A stretch of 64,000 nucleotides of DNA, taken from the NCBI RefSeq assembly GCF_009914755.1, contig NC_060932.1; one strand, 5' to 3'. This DNA is from the human T2T-CHM13v2.0 reference genome, Homo sapiens. The notes under the pieces were generated by a model. That model searched no databases and had not been told where the DNA came from. It worked only from the letters and a program-made list of their open reading frames with translations. Of the stretch, positions 26,166-38,508 are shown in pieces; within the stretch, counting starts at the first letter, position 1, and each line of letters opens with the position of its first letter. The translations under genes and the position numbers were made by a program.

Positions 26166-26388
26166 CAGGTGTTGGCAAGTGTGAGCCTGCAGGTGAAATC
26201 CAGCCAACTGTCTGCTTTTGTGAATAAAGTTTTATTGGATTCCAGCCATACTCAATTGTTTATGGATGATTTATGTCCCCTTTCATGCTATAACAGCAGA
26301 ATAGACTAGTTGCAACAGAAACCCTAAGGTCCACAAAGCCAAAAATATTTGTTTTCTGGCCCTTTATAGAAAAATTTGGCGAATTCTA
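26166..26388 (+). mobile_element. MER58A (hAT-Charlie MITE)
   Basis: 'aataaagttttattgg...cagccatact...tggccctttatagaaaaa'; degenerate TIRs. Confidence 0.85.
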
Positions 26389-27549
26389 GATTGACATTTG
26401 ATTTTGGAGTTCTGGAAATCTAGCGAAAAGTTTTGATTGCACCTTTATTGTGATAGTCCTCATTTTTGTTTGTTGGGTTTTTGGTTTTATTATTAGGAGG
26501 ATTGAACATGTAGCAATCTGTGGCTCAGAGAGGCAGATGGGGTGAAAACATCTGGACAGAAAAATTCAACCATCACCGACTGACAGAACTACTATACATT
26601 GCTGGGCTCTGACATAGGGAAAGCTGAATAACACATGCTTTTCATGCATAAAGCAATGTCGTGGGAGAGATGATCGTAACACTGATTAATTGGGCTAGCA
26701 AAGAAGGAATGCAATACAAACAAGCATAATAAGTGTATGTCTTTAAAAACACGTGGAGTCACATTCAGTTGAGGAGAATCTGAGCCAGCTTCTTGGAGGA
26801 AGTAGCATTTGAAAGGAGGTAGAAGGAGTGGTAGCGTTTCAGCAAGCACAGATTTGGGGGAAGGCGTTGCTTTGTGGACAGGATTGAACTGGAAGCACAC
26901 GTTTCTGACTCTTAAGTATTGCTTTCATGTCCTCATGGAAATTTATCAATGCTGTAGGAGCTTTCATGCCACTGCCAGTTTCTATTTATACCTTGCCTGA
27001 TTTCTTTTTGGCCCGGAGCAAATTTCCCCATGTTAATTTTTTACATGTGCAGATATCTTATGACTAATTCTAATAATTAGAGCAGAAGAAAAGAATGATG
27101 ATGGAACTATTTTATTCAATCCATTCATCTTGGTTGCCCCATTCAGCAACTTACTGACTAAATTAAATCTCAGATTCATTGGAGATATGTTTGAAGCAGA
27201 TAGAAAATTGAAAATGTATTTCCACTACATTAAGGAAATGGTCATTTTCAAAATGAATCTCTTTATGAGAAGTAATCAGAATTAGATAAGGATAGAGAGC
27301 AAATGTCTGCAATATTTAGATGGTTGCGATATTAAGGGTGATTAATTATCATCTTAAAATATCACAGGCAATGCTTGCCTCATCTGTTTGCCTGAATTGA
27401 CCTCTTCCGTACCCATTATGTTTCTCCGCAGTTGAAATGAGTTTTTAAATGGGCCTTGCACAGGCTCGTGCGCGCACGTATGTCTGTGATGAATGGGACG
27501 GTGCCGGCGGTGATGAGCCTGGCCTGTTGATTCCTTTCACAACGTAAAA

Positions 27550-27745
27550 GAAGGATCCGGGGTGCGACAGTCAGGCAGACCTGAATCAAAAATCTGGAAA
27601 TTTACTTCTCTTTGACTTATTTTTTCTGAATTGTTATTGTAGTTATTTCATTTGGTGTTTATAAGAACTAAATGAGAAAATAAATACATTAGAAAGATAA
27701 AAAGAGTGCTGCATCCAACCATGCAGGAACTCAATAAATGTTTGT
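27550..27745 (+). mobile_element. MIR SINE
   Basis: 'agtcaggcagacctgaatcaaa' to 'caggaactcaataaatg'. Confidence 0.6.
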
Positions 27746-30700
27746 CTCTACTCCCCTTATTTATTCTAGTTGATTTTATTTTAGAAACAACACCAGAAAA
27801 GACTTGTGGCAAAGCGGGGACTGTTTTCTCAAATGTTGAAACTTTGGCATCCCAGGAAGGAACAGACTCCTTATGTTATCCTTTCTTTGAAGATGAGTAA
27901 AAGCAATTGGATGAAGCCATAGTAAGCAGAAAGACTGAGGGCCAATTACCAACAATGGTTAATGCTAGAGAGTAGAAGGATATGTTCATTAAACATTTCT
28001 CATATGGCAGGAGCCACTCTAAGTGCATAATCCTCACAGCAGCCTTAAGACACAGGTACTCTTTACAGACAAGGAGAAAGAGAAGTTGCCTTGATGGGAC
28101 ACCAACACACAGGCACATCTGCCCAAAGAAATCAGGCCAGAAGAAAATAAGTGCATCTGTGCACTCTAGGTTGTGTTATACTAATCTGTTGTTAATTCTA
28201 AATTAGATATGAGCCAGGATCACACAGGGGATATCTTTTTTATAATGCAGTAAATCATCAGCTAAACAACTGGCTTTATTATGTCTGGGAGGATGTATTT
28301 ATATGTGTATATCTATATATCCCTGGAGATTTTGATGATCACTGGTTGTCTTTATCTGGGAACCACTAATAAACAAAATCGTTGAAGGAGATTATCAGAC
28401 TGGACAAGATAAAACAACTTGGAGTGAAGATAGGTGGATGGTGGGCAGCTGACCATGGAAGGTGTTTTCAAACCTATTTAGAATTGTTCTATCTTTTCCT
28501 AGAAGAAATAGCTAAGGTCAATAGCTCTAATCTAAATAATGGCAAGTCATACATGAATTTAGGCCGTCTTATGAGCAAATGTACTTCTGTCTGAAACAAT
28601 AACGTACTTTGGAGCATTCAAGTGAAGACAGAGAAAACACATTCCGGAATTATAGTAGAAAAATTCCTGCATGAGGCATGAAGTATAGAAGTCAAACAGG
28701 ATGAATGTGGAGGTGACTTCTTGTTGAGCAATTTCATGATGTCCAGGCATTGACACAGAACATCACAGTCTGCATAGTTGTTTCCCAAGCAAGCTGGGTG
28801 ACTGAAAAACAATTTGAGCACATAGATTATGTTGTGCTTATCCTCCTTTCTTTTCAAAACCAAATTATTCTAACCACAAATATAACATTGTAAGATATAA
28901 TCATAGCCAAATTGGCCACGTGTTCTCATAATAATGTACCTTTTTAGGATGAAGATGCTGAATTCTCTGGCCCCTCTCAATGACAGAGTCAGTCTATCTG
29001 TGTAAGCTTGAGGACACTTTAGGGGCTGCCGTACAACCTGCCTGGGGTAAGCCACTAGCAATGGCCCCCCGACATAGACTAAAACCAATGCGTGGTGGGA
29101 ACCTTAGCAGCGAATGAACATTTGGTGGAGAGGAGAGCAGCCTGAGGTTCTGAAGATAGGGTGCTATTTCAATAAGAACAGCTTTTGTTGTCTCAGCTCA
29201 ACTAAGAAATAACCATATCCCTTTTGGACATCTTTGGATGCCAGTGATGCATAACCAATTCTAACTAGCATAGGCTAAAAGGAGAACGTGTTCTCTTCTA
29301 TCTAGAAGGGAGAGGTTCAGCAGCTGAGTTCAGGAGTGACAGCAAACACCTCCAGGATTCACTTGTTAACTCATCCTCCTTTCCGGTTGTCTTAAGACCT
29401 CAGCTTCATTTCCTCCACCCACTTTTCTCCACTGGGATTTCCAGCAGCTCATCTCCAAGAGTTGTCACTAGAAAGGGATTGGCTCTTATCATTTCTAGTA
29501 CCAACTTCAAATCTTATCAAATACCTCTGACTGGTAGTAGCTTCTCACACGGGGCATGAGAAAAGGATGCAATGGATATGTCCCAGAAGCAATAAGGAGG
29601 TACACTAAGAAAGAAATGAAAACCAGAATGCATGCTCAATATTGAGTTAAATGTTTTAGAGGTAAGATGATTCTTCTGAAACAGTGCAATGGTGTTAATA
29701 AGGTGATGAGGTGAGACATGAACAGAGGTGGAAAGTGGCTTGACTGAGATTCATTTGAGGATGTTTCTAGGCTTTGTTTTAACCAAGGAGGCTTGAAATT
29801 TCCAACCCTTATCACCATTGTTCCCTGTGATTTACCGTTATCTGTACTTGATCTTCTTTCACTACACATTGTTCACAGAGACAAGAGATAGGAAGAACTT
29901 GGCTGTGGAACCAGGCAGACTTAGTTTATCAGCCGGGATTCTTTTGCTTTCAAGTAACAGAAATTTAGCTGTTGCAAAAACACCACTACAAACAACAACA
30001 AAACATGAAAATTATATGTGTAGGACTGTTTCCAGTTGTAGCTGGACATCACCCAAAAACTCCTGTGAATCTCTTTCTCTACAATTTTAACTTCTTCTGG
30101 CCTGGCCATACTCTGTGGAACCCCTTATGGTAATAAAGATGGCTCTAATCTGTGTCATGATCACTAGATGTGTGCTGCTTACAAACTCAGATATAGAGAG
30201 TTTTTTGCATGGTGATCCCGACCCGTCTTTCTGAGTCACACCTGCAGAACCTCACATACCCACCTTGGAAGTGGTCAGTGCATCCCTGATGGTAGGGCAC
30301 ATTGTCTTGCCAGACAGGATCTTGTGCCTGCCACTCAACTGCAGGAAGCAGAGTCCCTTATATGAAGAGAAAGAGGCACCTCACATAAGATAGGCCTAAT
30401 GGGATTTATCTCCTGGGAAATTTGAAATCAAAACAAAACTTCAAAGCCAAAACATGGTCATCCTCTAGCCTAGGAAAGAAACATGTTCAGGCAGATGTTT
30501 AGACAAAAACATAGAGGAGAATCTCTTCAGATCATGTGTCTACAGTCCTCCTGTCACTGTGTCCTTGGATTCCAGTTGACACTACCTTATATTTATGAGT
30601 TGCCTATCGTTTGCTTAAGCTAACTGGAATAGCTTTCTACTCCTTCCAACAAGGACTCACAAGTAATACCCTTGCACGTCAAATCTGGCCAATTATGTTA

Positions 30701-31055
30701 ACCTCTCTAAGTCCCAAATTTCTTATAAGAAATACACAACTTAGAGAGTGGAAGTGATTTGATAAGAAAATATCTATTCAATTTGAGACACAGTGGCCAT
30801 TCAAAAACACTTATAAAACCTGTATTATTGAACTCAGTTTAAACCCTGAAAATACAAGAATGAAAAGACATGATTCTTGGTCTATAGAAGATCATTATTA
30901 CAATTGACACCCTTAGTCTGTGCTGAATAAATACATGAGTGCTCACATATGTGTCAGTATTTGTGGAATGAGTGTACTATATATATCTGGAGAATAAATG
31001 CTGTCTCTTTCCCGTAAAGTTTGTTTTGGTTTCAGACACACAATTGTCTCTCCAT

Positions 31056-31215
31056 TAGTACTGGCTCTGTACCATCAGCAATCAGGTAAATTAATGGTTG
31101 ACTACTTTGATTAGTAGGATTCCATTAGGGTTATTTCCCAAACTTGGTAGAAGTCTGGCTTTGTTATCTTTTAGCACCGACTGTAAATCTTTCTCTCATC
31201 TCCTACTCTTTTTTC
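31056..31215 (+). repeat. 160-bp local duplicon, copy 1
   Basis: About 92% identical to 31864-32022 by hand count. Confidence 0.95.
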
Positions 31216-31624
31216 CTGGGGGCCTAATGATTGCCCCACTCTAATAAAAATAGCATAGACTGGTTTCTCCCTGTTATGAACCGTATTGTTGCTTTTCTCC
31301 CATTCCTTCAGGAAGTACTTTGAGATCCATGCATCCTTAAGAACAAATAAGCAGCTCAATTGATTTTTAGAAAGCTGACAAAAAAAGATAATTGATTGAT
31401 AATATTAGAAAACTTAATGACTATATGGTCTAACAGTTTAAACACTTTATGGTTTATAAATATAGCCTATACATATTGGGTCACTTAAAGAAGTATAGGG
31501 AACTTGTTATAACATGGGCTTTGATGTTAGAGAAATCTGAGTTAGAAATGTGACCTCAGGGAAATCATCTGAGCTCTCATCGCCTAAGGTTCCTCAGCAG
31601 AAATAAATACATACATGAATAGAA

Positions 31625-31642
31625 TGTATATATATATACTGG

Positions 31643-31693
<51 letters not shown>

Positions 31694-31732
31694 CTGGCTC
31701 TGTATGTGTGTGTGTATATATATATATACTGG

Positions 31733-31810
<78 letters not shown>

Positions 31811-31818
31811 GGATAGAT

Positions 31819-31866
<48 letters not shown>
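31625..31866. repeat. Compound microsatellite [(TA)n CTGGCTC (TG)n]x3, (GA)n, (GATA)n
   Basis: Direct observation. Confidence 0.95.
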
Positions 31867-32022
31867 TACCAGCTCTATACCATCGGCAATCAGGTAAATA
31901 ATAGTTGGCTACTTTGATTAGTAGGATTCCATTAGGGTTATTTCCCAAACTTGGTAAAAGTCTGGCTTTGTTATCTTTTAGTGCTGACTGTAAATCTTCC
32001 TCTCATCTCCTACTCTTTTTTC
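31864..32022 (+). repeat. 160-bp local duplicon, copy 2
   Basis: Shares 'ctactttgattagtaggattccattagggttatttcccaaacttggta' with copy 1. Confidence 0.95.
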
Positions 32023-32737
32023 TCTCTCTCTGTGTATATATATATTTGCAAGACTCACAAGCAAAAGATGGAAAGTGTCTGCACACTGTTCAGTACTGGA
32101 TGAGCTGTCATTGGTAGAGACACTCATGAAGTCAGCTCTTCCTTTACTGGAATTTAGGGGAAAATATACACAGGATATTGAGAGGTGGATCCAAGAGAGG
32201 GAGCCTCCTTGTTTAAAATAAAGTTAAATACATTTCTTTATGGCATGGATTCTTAGGCTTATTTTCCCTATGTGGTTTTAAGAGCTTTAGCATTATTCTG
32301 AATGAGAATTTCTCTTCATTATTTTCGCATCAGGCATCGTGAGCCATTTCTATCTAGATGGTCTCTATGAACAAAACTTTCTTTTCTGCATAGAGAATGT
32401 TTGTCATTTTTTACAACCATAATGTTTGTTCCTCTTCCTTTCCAGCCAGGAAAGTGCCAGAGTTTGCAGGTTAGGTTTGATCTTCATTATCGACTCAACT
32501 ATACCATCCATCTTCATTCCCTTTTCAACTTCTTATCTCTTTTTCAGTTCCTTCTATATGAGATGAATGCACCTTAATTGTACCCTAGTTATCACTGATT
32601 CCAGGGCATTTTCAAATATTTGCTGCCTTTAATATATATCATGATTTCATGTTTTTAAAAATCACTCCAGTTCCAAACATTTCCCATTTATCTCTTCCCA
32701 TTACCTTCATCTCAAATGCCTCCTTTTCATTCATTTC

Positions 32738-33033
32738 TTTTTTTTTTTTTTTTCAGATGAAGTCTCTCTCTGTCCCCCAGGCTGCAGTGCAGTGGCACAG
32801 TGGTGCAATACTGGCTCACTGCAACCTCTACCTCCCAGATTCAAGGGATTCTCCTGCCTGTAGCTGGGATTACAGGCACGTGCCACCATGCCTGGCTAAC
32901 TTTTGTATTTTTTTTAGTAGAGACGGGGTTTTGCTGTTAACCAGGCTGGTCTTGAACTCCTGACCTCAAGCAATCTGCCCCCCTTGGCCTCCCAAAGTGT
33001 TGGGATTACAGGCGTGAGACACTGCGCCCGGCC
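32738..33033 (-). mobile_element. AluS/J element
   Basis: Antisense dimer; TSD-like CATTCA(T/C)TTCTTT. Confidence 0.92.
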
Positions 33034-33052
33034 CATTCACTTCTTTTATGTA

Positions 33053-33397
33053 CAGTCACATGTCCCATAATGACTCAGTCGATGACAAATTGCATATACC
33101 ATGGTGGTCCTATACAATTATAATTTTGTATTTTTACTGTACCTTTTCTGTGCTTAGATGTGTTTCGATACACAAATGCTTACCACTGAGTTACAATTGC
33201 CAACAGTATTCAGTAGAGTCACATGATGTACAGATTTACAGCTCAGGAGCAATAGACTATTCAGTATAACCTAGGTGTGTAGTAGGCTCTACCATCTTGG
33301 TTTGTGTAAGCACGCTCAGTGATGTTCTCACGATGACAAAATTGCCGGATGACACATTTCTCAGAATGTATCCCCACCATTAAGTAATGCGTGACTG
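33053..33397 (+). mobile_element. Tigger3a/MER7A (Tc1/mariner MITE)
   Basis: TA|CAGTCAC...GTGACTG|TA TIRs with TA TSD; 'cctaggtgtgtagtaggct'. Confidence 0.88.
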
Positions 33398-33442
33398 TAT
33401 ACAAGACCCAATATCTTTTTATTTCTATTTTGGTTCTTTTCT

Positions 33443-33718
33443 TTTTTTTTTGCCTTTTATTTTTATTTTTTTTTTATTATTATACTTTAAGTTCTAGGGT
33501 ACATGTGCACAAGGTGCAGGTTTGTTACATATGCATACATGTGCCATGTTGGTGTGCTGCACCCATTAACTCGTTATTTACGTTAGGTATATCTCCTAAT
33601 GCTATCCCTCCTCCCTCCCCCCACCCCACAACAGGCCCTGGTGTGTGATGTCCCCCTTCCTGGAAACCATCATTCTCAGCAAACTATCGCAAGGACAAAA
33701 AACCAAACATCGCATGTT
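33443..33718 (-). mobile_element. L1PA (about PA4) 3' end with short 5' inversion
   Basis: Antisense tail and 3'UTR to ~33660, then 33660-33718 in + orientation; TSD TTTG(G/T)TTCTTTTCT at 33429 and 33717. Confidence 0.92.
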
Positions 33719-34038
33719 TGTTTCTTTTCTATTGAAGAAGTCAAGTAGTTTATTCTTTTTTCTTTGGGTTCTTGTAGAATACAAAATTTTGAAAACCATG
33801 TTCTATATCTGAGTTTTTGAATGATATTTCATTTCATCTTGGGCAAAAAAAAAATGGTTAGAATTGAATTTGATAAAAAGGACCATAGATCAAAAAAACT
33901 TAAATATATATGTTATAAGTGTATTTCTCTTAAGTGTAAAATTCTGGGAGCAGGCAATATTGGCCTGAATAGTAGTTGTGTTCCAGTGAATCCTCAGGGC
34001 CCATCTCCTTCTGTCATTGCCTCACCAGGCATGGCCTC

Positions 34039-34486
34039 TGTATTAAGATGATGTAACAAATTGCCACAAACATAAAGTGGCTTAAAACAACATAAATATA
34101 TTCTCTTACAACTCTGGAGGCCAGAAGTCGAAAATGGGTCAGCAAGGGCAGATTCCCTAATTCTTTCCTTTTCTAGCTTCCAGAGGCAGCCTGGATTCCT
34201 CATGGCCTCCTTCTCCATCTTCAAATCATCAGTGGAGCCTCTTCCAATTTTTCTCTTTCTGTTTCTGTCCTCATATTGCTTTTTCTCTGACTCTGAACCT
34301 CATCCTTCTCTCTTATAAGAACTCTTGCAATTATATTGGGCCCACCAAAATAATCCAGGATTATAGCCCTCAGTTTTAATTACACCTGTAAAGTACCTTT
34401 TTCTATGTAAAGTAACCTAACCTATTCACAGACTTCATGGACTAGGATGTGGACATCTTTGAGGTGTCATTATTCTACCCACCACA
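34039..34486 (-). mobile_element. MaLR solo LTR (MLT1C/D-like)
   Basis: 'gtaacaaattgccacaaac...gtggcttaaaacaac...ctggaggccagaagtc'. Confidence 0.85.
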
Positions 34487-34498
34487 ACTGTCACTTCA

Positions 34499-34885
<387 letters not shown>

Positions 34886-36945
34886 TGAAGAATAGTCAAA
34901 TGCTACATCACTTGGCCTGTGAATGAGATGTCCTGGAAGATGCCCCAAGAGCCTTGGGTTTACATCTCATTCACCATAAGATAGCCTCATGACTACACCC
35001 AACTGCAGTGGAGACTGGGAAATGCAGTCTGTATTCTCAGAAACATGAGCCCAGATCTGATGAAAGAGAAGGAGTATATGTGCTCAACTAGAACTCTTGG
35101 TTTCAGAGAGCAGTTTTTCTTTGATAACGTTCCTTTGTCTTCTACCATTTTATACTCACTCGTAGAGCTGTGTGTTACAGAACCCATCATGAGGGGCTTT
35201 TTTCTTGCCTCAACTTTCTGATGTTCTAAGGCTGAACTGTTGGAGTCTGGGAGAAGCTTTGATCTCCACTGTGTCTAGGACTCTTCTTTCCCTGACCCCT
35301 GTTTCTAGGACAGTTAGAGCAATAAGGCATCTCAGGGTATAATGTGTTATGTACAATGCCCTAGGTACCCTTTTTCTGAGCAGCACTAACGGACTCCTTT
35401 AATAAATGAAGAAAGTCAAGTGAGGTAGTATTCTGGCCATCTTTACATATAGCCCCTGCGTAGTGAATGGATGACTATCTTTCTTTTTTCTGCCATTACT
35501 GCATATATAGCAGTTTAAGCAGTCTGGCTATACAATAGACATTTAATAAATATTAAGTACAAAGAATATTTAATACATATTTGTTTTATAAAATGAATAT
35601 TTAGGTTGATTCAGTATGTTGTAAGTTTTTATCTTTTGAGGCACATTGGAAATCATTTTATTTGAAAGAAGAGAAGTAAGGATATTAAATTTCTCATTTA
35701 GAAAGCATAAAAGCACATTTTGAGTATCTGTGGAAATGTTTAATCTTTTTAAAACATTGCATGTGGACATCTAAACATAAACTTCTTTGTTAGTAGGTCT
35801 TGAAACATTCAAAAGAATTCCTCATTCATTTTCGCTTTTGGTCACACAATAGTCTGATCACTGAGTCTAATTCCCTAAATGGGATTTTAAACAACTCCAG
35901 TTTCTTCTTTTGCCATTTGGTTAAACGACTTGGCCAGTGTCACAGATAGAGAAGGGCCTACCCAACAGGTGTTCTAACCCTGACTTTCTGTATATAATGC
36001 ACTCTTTTCTACCAGACAGCATTTATCATCATAGCGAATAAATTCCCTCAAACAAAACTTACAAAACAGAGATGAACTACAAACAAATCTACCGTTGCTT
36101 TTTTTAGTACACTAGACCAGATAATTCTATAAACATGAAGGTAGAAATGTGCCACCTTATACTAAACCATGTATCAACTTTGAGGGAAACAACAAAGAAA
36201 AATAACATGGAGGTACAATGTTTTCTGTCTTCCATCGGTGTCCTATCCTATTTTACAATTGGGTGATTTTTGAAAAGAACAACAGATAATGAAGAGAGAT
36301 AGAAAAGTCCAAAGGTCTGGGTCCTTTACCATGTAAAATGAGAATATCATTAAAAAATAAAAGAACATTTTGTATACAATTTGACAATTTATAGCTATAG
36401 CTTTAAAACCTCCATATATCCCATATCAGAGACTCTTGATAATGACGAAACATCAGAATAACCTTCACAAGGTTTTTAGTAAAATCTTATGTGTGACCCT
36501 GATCAATTGTTTTATAAGCTCATCAGAATTGATTGACTTTCATACTTCTGAAGGAAGTATGAAATACTGCTTCAGTTTTATAGAGTAAACAGACATCTGG
36601 TAATTAAATAATCCAAAATGTGTGTGTGTATGTCTAAATAACCCAGAACATGTGTCTGTGCATGTGTGTGCACGCGTGCGGGCAGTCACACATGCGTGTA
36701 TCTCAGGTTATTATTTATAATAAATAACATAAAAATTAAGCTCTCTTAAAAGGAGTTATTGAATAAAATAATTTTCTATAGCATAATGTGTGGTCATTAA
36801 AATATAATCATGTGATTGGAACCTACTTATAAAATTGCAAGACATGATATTTAATGAATCATGAAAATATACAACTCAGTGTAGCATGACAATGAAATTC
36901 TTTTTCTTTCTTCTTTATCTAATCGTCTTTAAAACTGATACGTGG

Positions 36946-37287
<342 letters not shown>

Positions 37288-38023
37288 TTATGAAGAGTGG
37301 GGTAACTTTTTCCATCTTGATTTCTACCTCTAGAGCCAGTGTTGCCTGCTTCCTGTTCCCCTTTCTGGCTTTTAAATGTTGGTGTTTTCAGAAAATTATC
37401 TGTGTTCTATGCACATCCTTCTATTTTCTCAAAGATCTCACCCATTTTATGATTTTAAGTGCATCTTTATGCTGATGACTGTAAATGTTTGTCATATCTT
37501 TTAAAAAGTGTAACTGTAATATTTGTAGGCCCTTCCTTGAACTTCGACAGACACTAAACATACTGCATTTCAAACACAACATTTATTCCTCTTATGCCGC
37601 CCTCTCCACCTTCTAGATTCTTTATCTTGGAGGAATCAGCATTCACCAAGTTTTCATATCACCCAGACTACCCTACATCCTGAATGCTATCCTGTTGACT
37701 AACCTTCACTAGCCTCTTCTGAACACTGTAAATCTTTTTCTCAAATATTAATTAAATGGCCACAAATCTGTTTTGCACACAGTAACTAGGGGATCCTGTG
37801 TAGAATTTGAATTCATCTGATGTTTACAACTCTCCAACAGTGTCCAATACCTTTTGGATAAACAAAACACTAGTTGGCAAGGCATGAAAGATTCTTCCAA
37901 CCTGGCCTTTCTCTGAAATTTAGAGCAAAGTTGCCTGAGATAATTGCCACAACACAGGACTATTTGTATTTTTCCACAAGTTTTGAGTTCTTCTGACATA
38001 TATAAAGTGAGTTTTATCAGACA

Positions 38024-38395
38024 TTATATGGTTTAGATTTGTGTCCCTGCCCACATCTCATGTCAAATTGGAGGAAGGGCCTGGTGGAAAGTGATAGGAT
38101 CATGAGGGCAGATTTTCCCTTGCTGTTCTAGTGACAGTGAGTGACTTCTCATGAGATCTGGCGGTTTAAAAGTATATGGCACCTCCCCCTTCACTCTTTC
38201 TCTCTCCTGCTGGCATGTGAAGGAGGTGATTGTTTTCCCTTTGACGTCTGCTATGATTGTGAGTTTCCGGAGGCCTTCCAGTCAGGCTTCCTGTACAGCC
38301 TGCAAAACTGTGAGTCAACTCAACTAAACCTCTTTTCTTCATAAATTACCCAGTCTCAGGCAGTTCTTTATAGCAGTGTGAGAATGGAAAATACA
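38024..38395 (+). mobile_element. MaLR solo LTR (MSTA-like)
   Basis: 'atggtttagatttgtgtccc...aattacccagtctcagg...tatagcagtgtgagaatgg'. Confidence 0.88.
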
Positions 38396-38508
38396 CGCAT
38401 GCCGCTTCTTTTCCCTTTTCACCAATTTAACACTCCCATGCCCCTAATAAGTCAGTTCATGAGTTGCTAAGTACACAGAACATGCCTGTTAAATCCCTGA
38501 TGCATGAA

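Noticed and set aside
31628-31786. Repeat-spacer pattern superficially like CRISPR
   Set aside because: 11-bp repeats with microsatellite spacers in eukaryotic DNA and no cas genes
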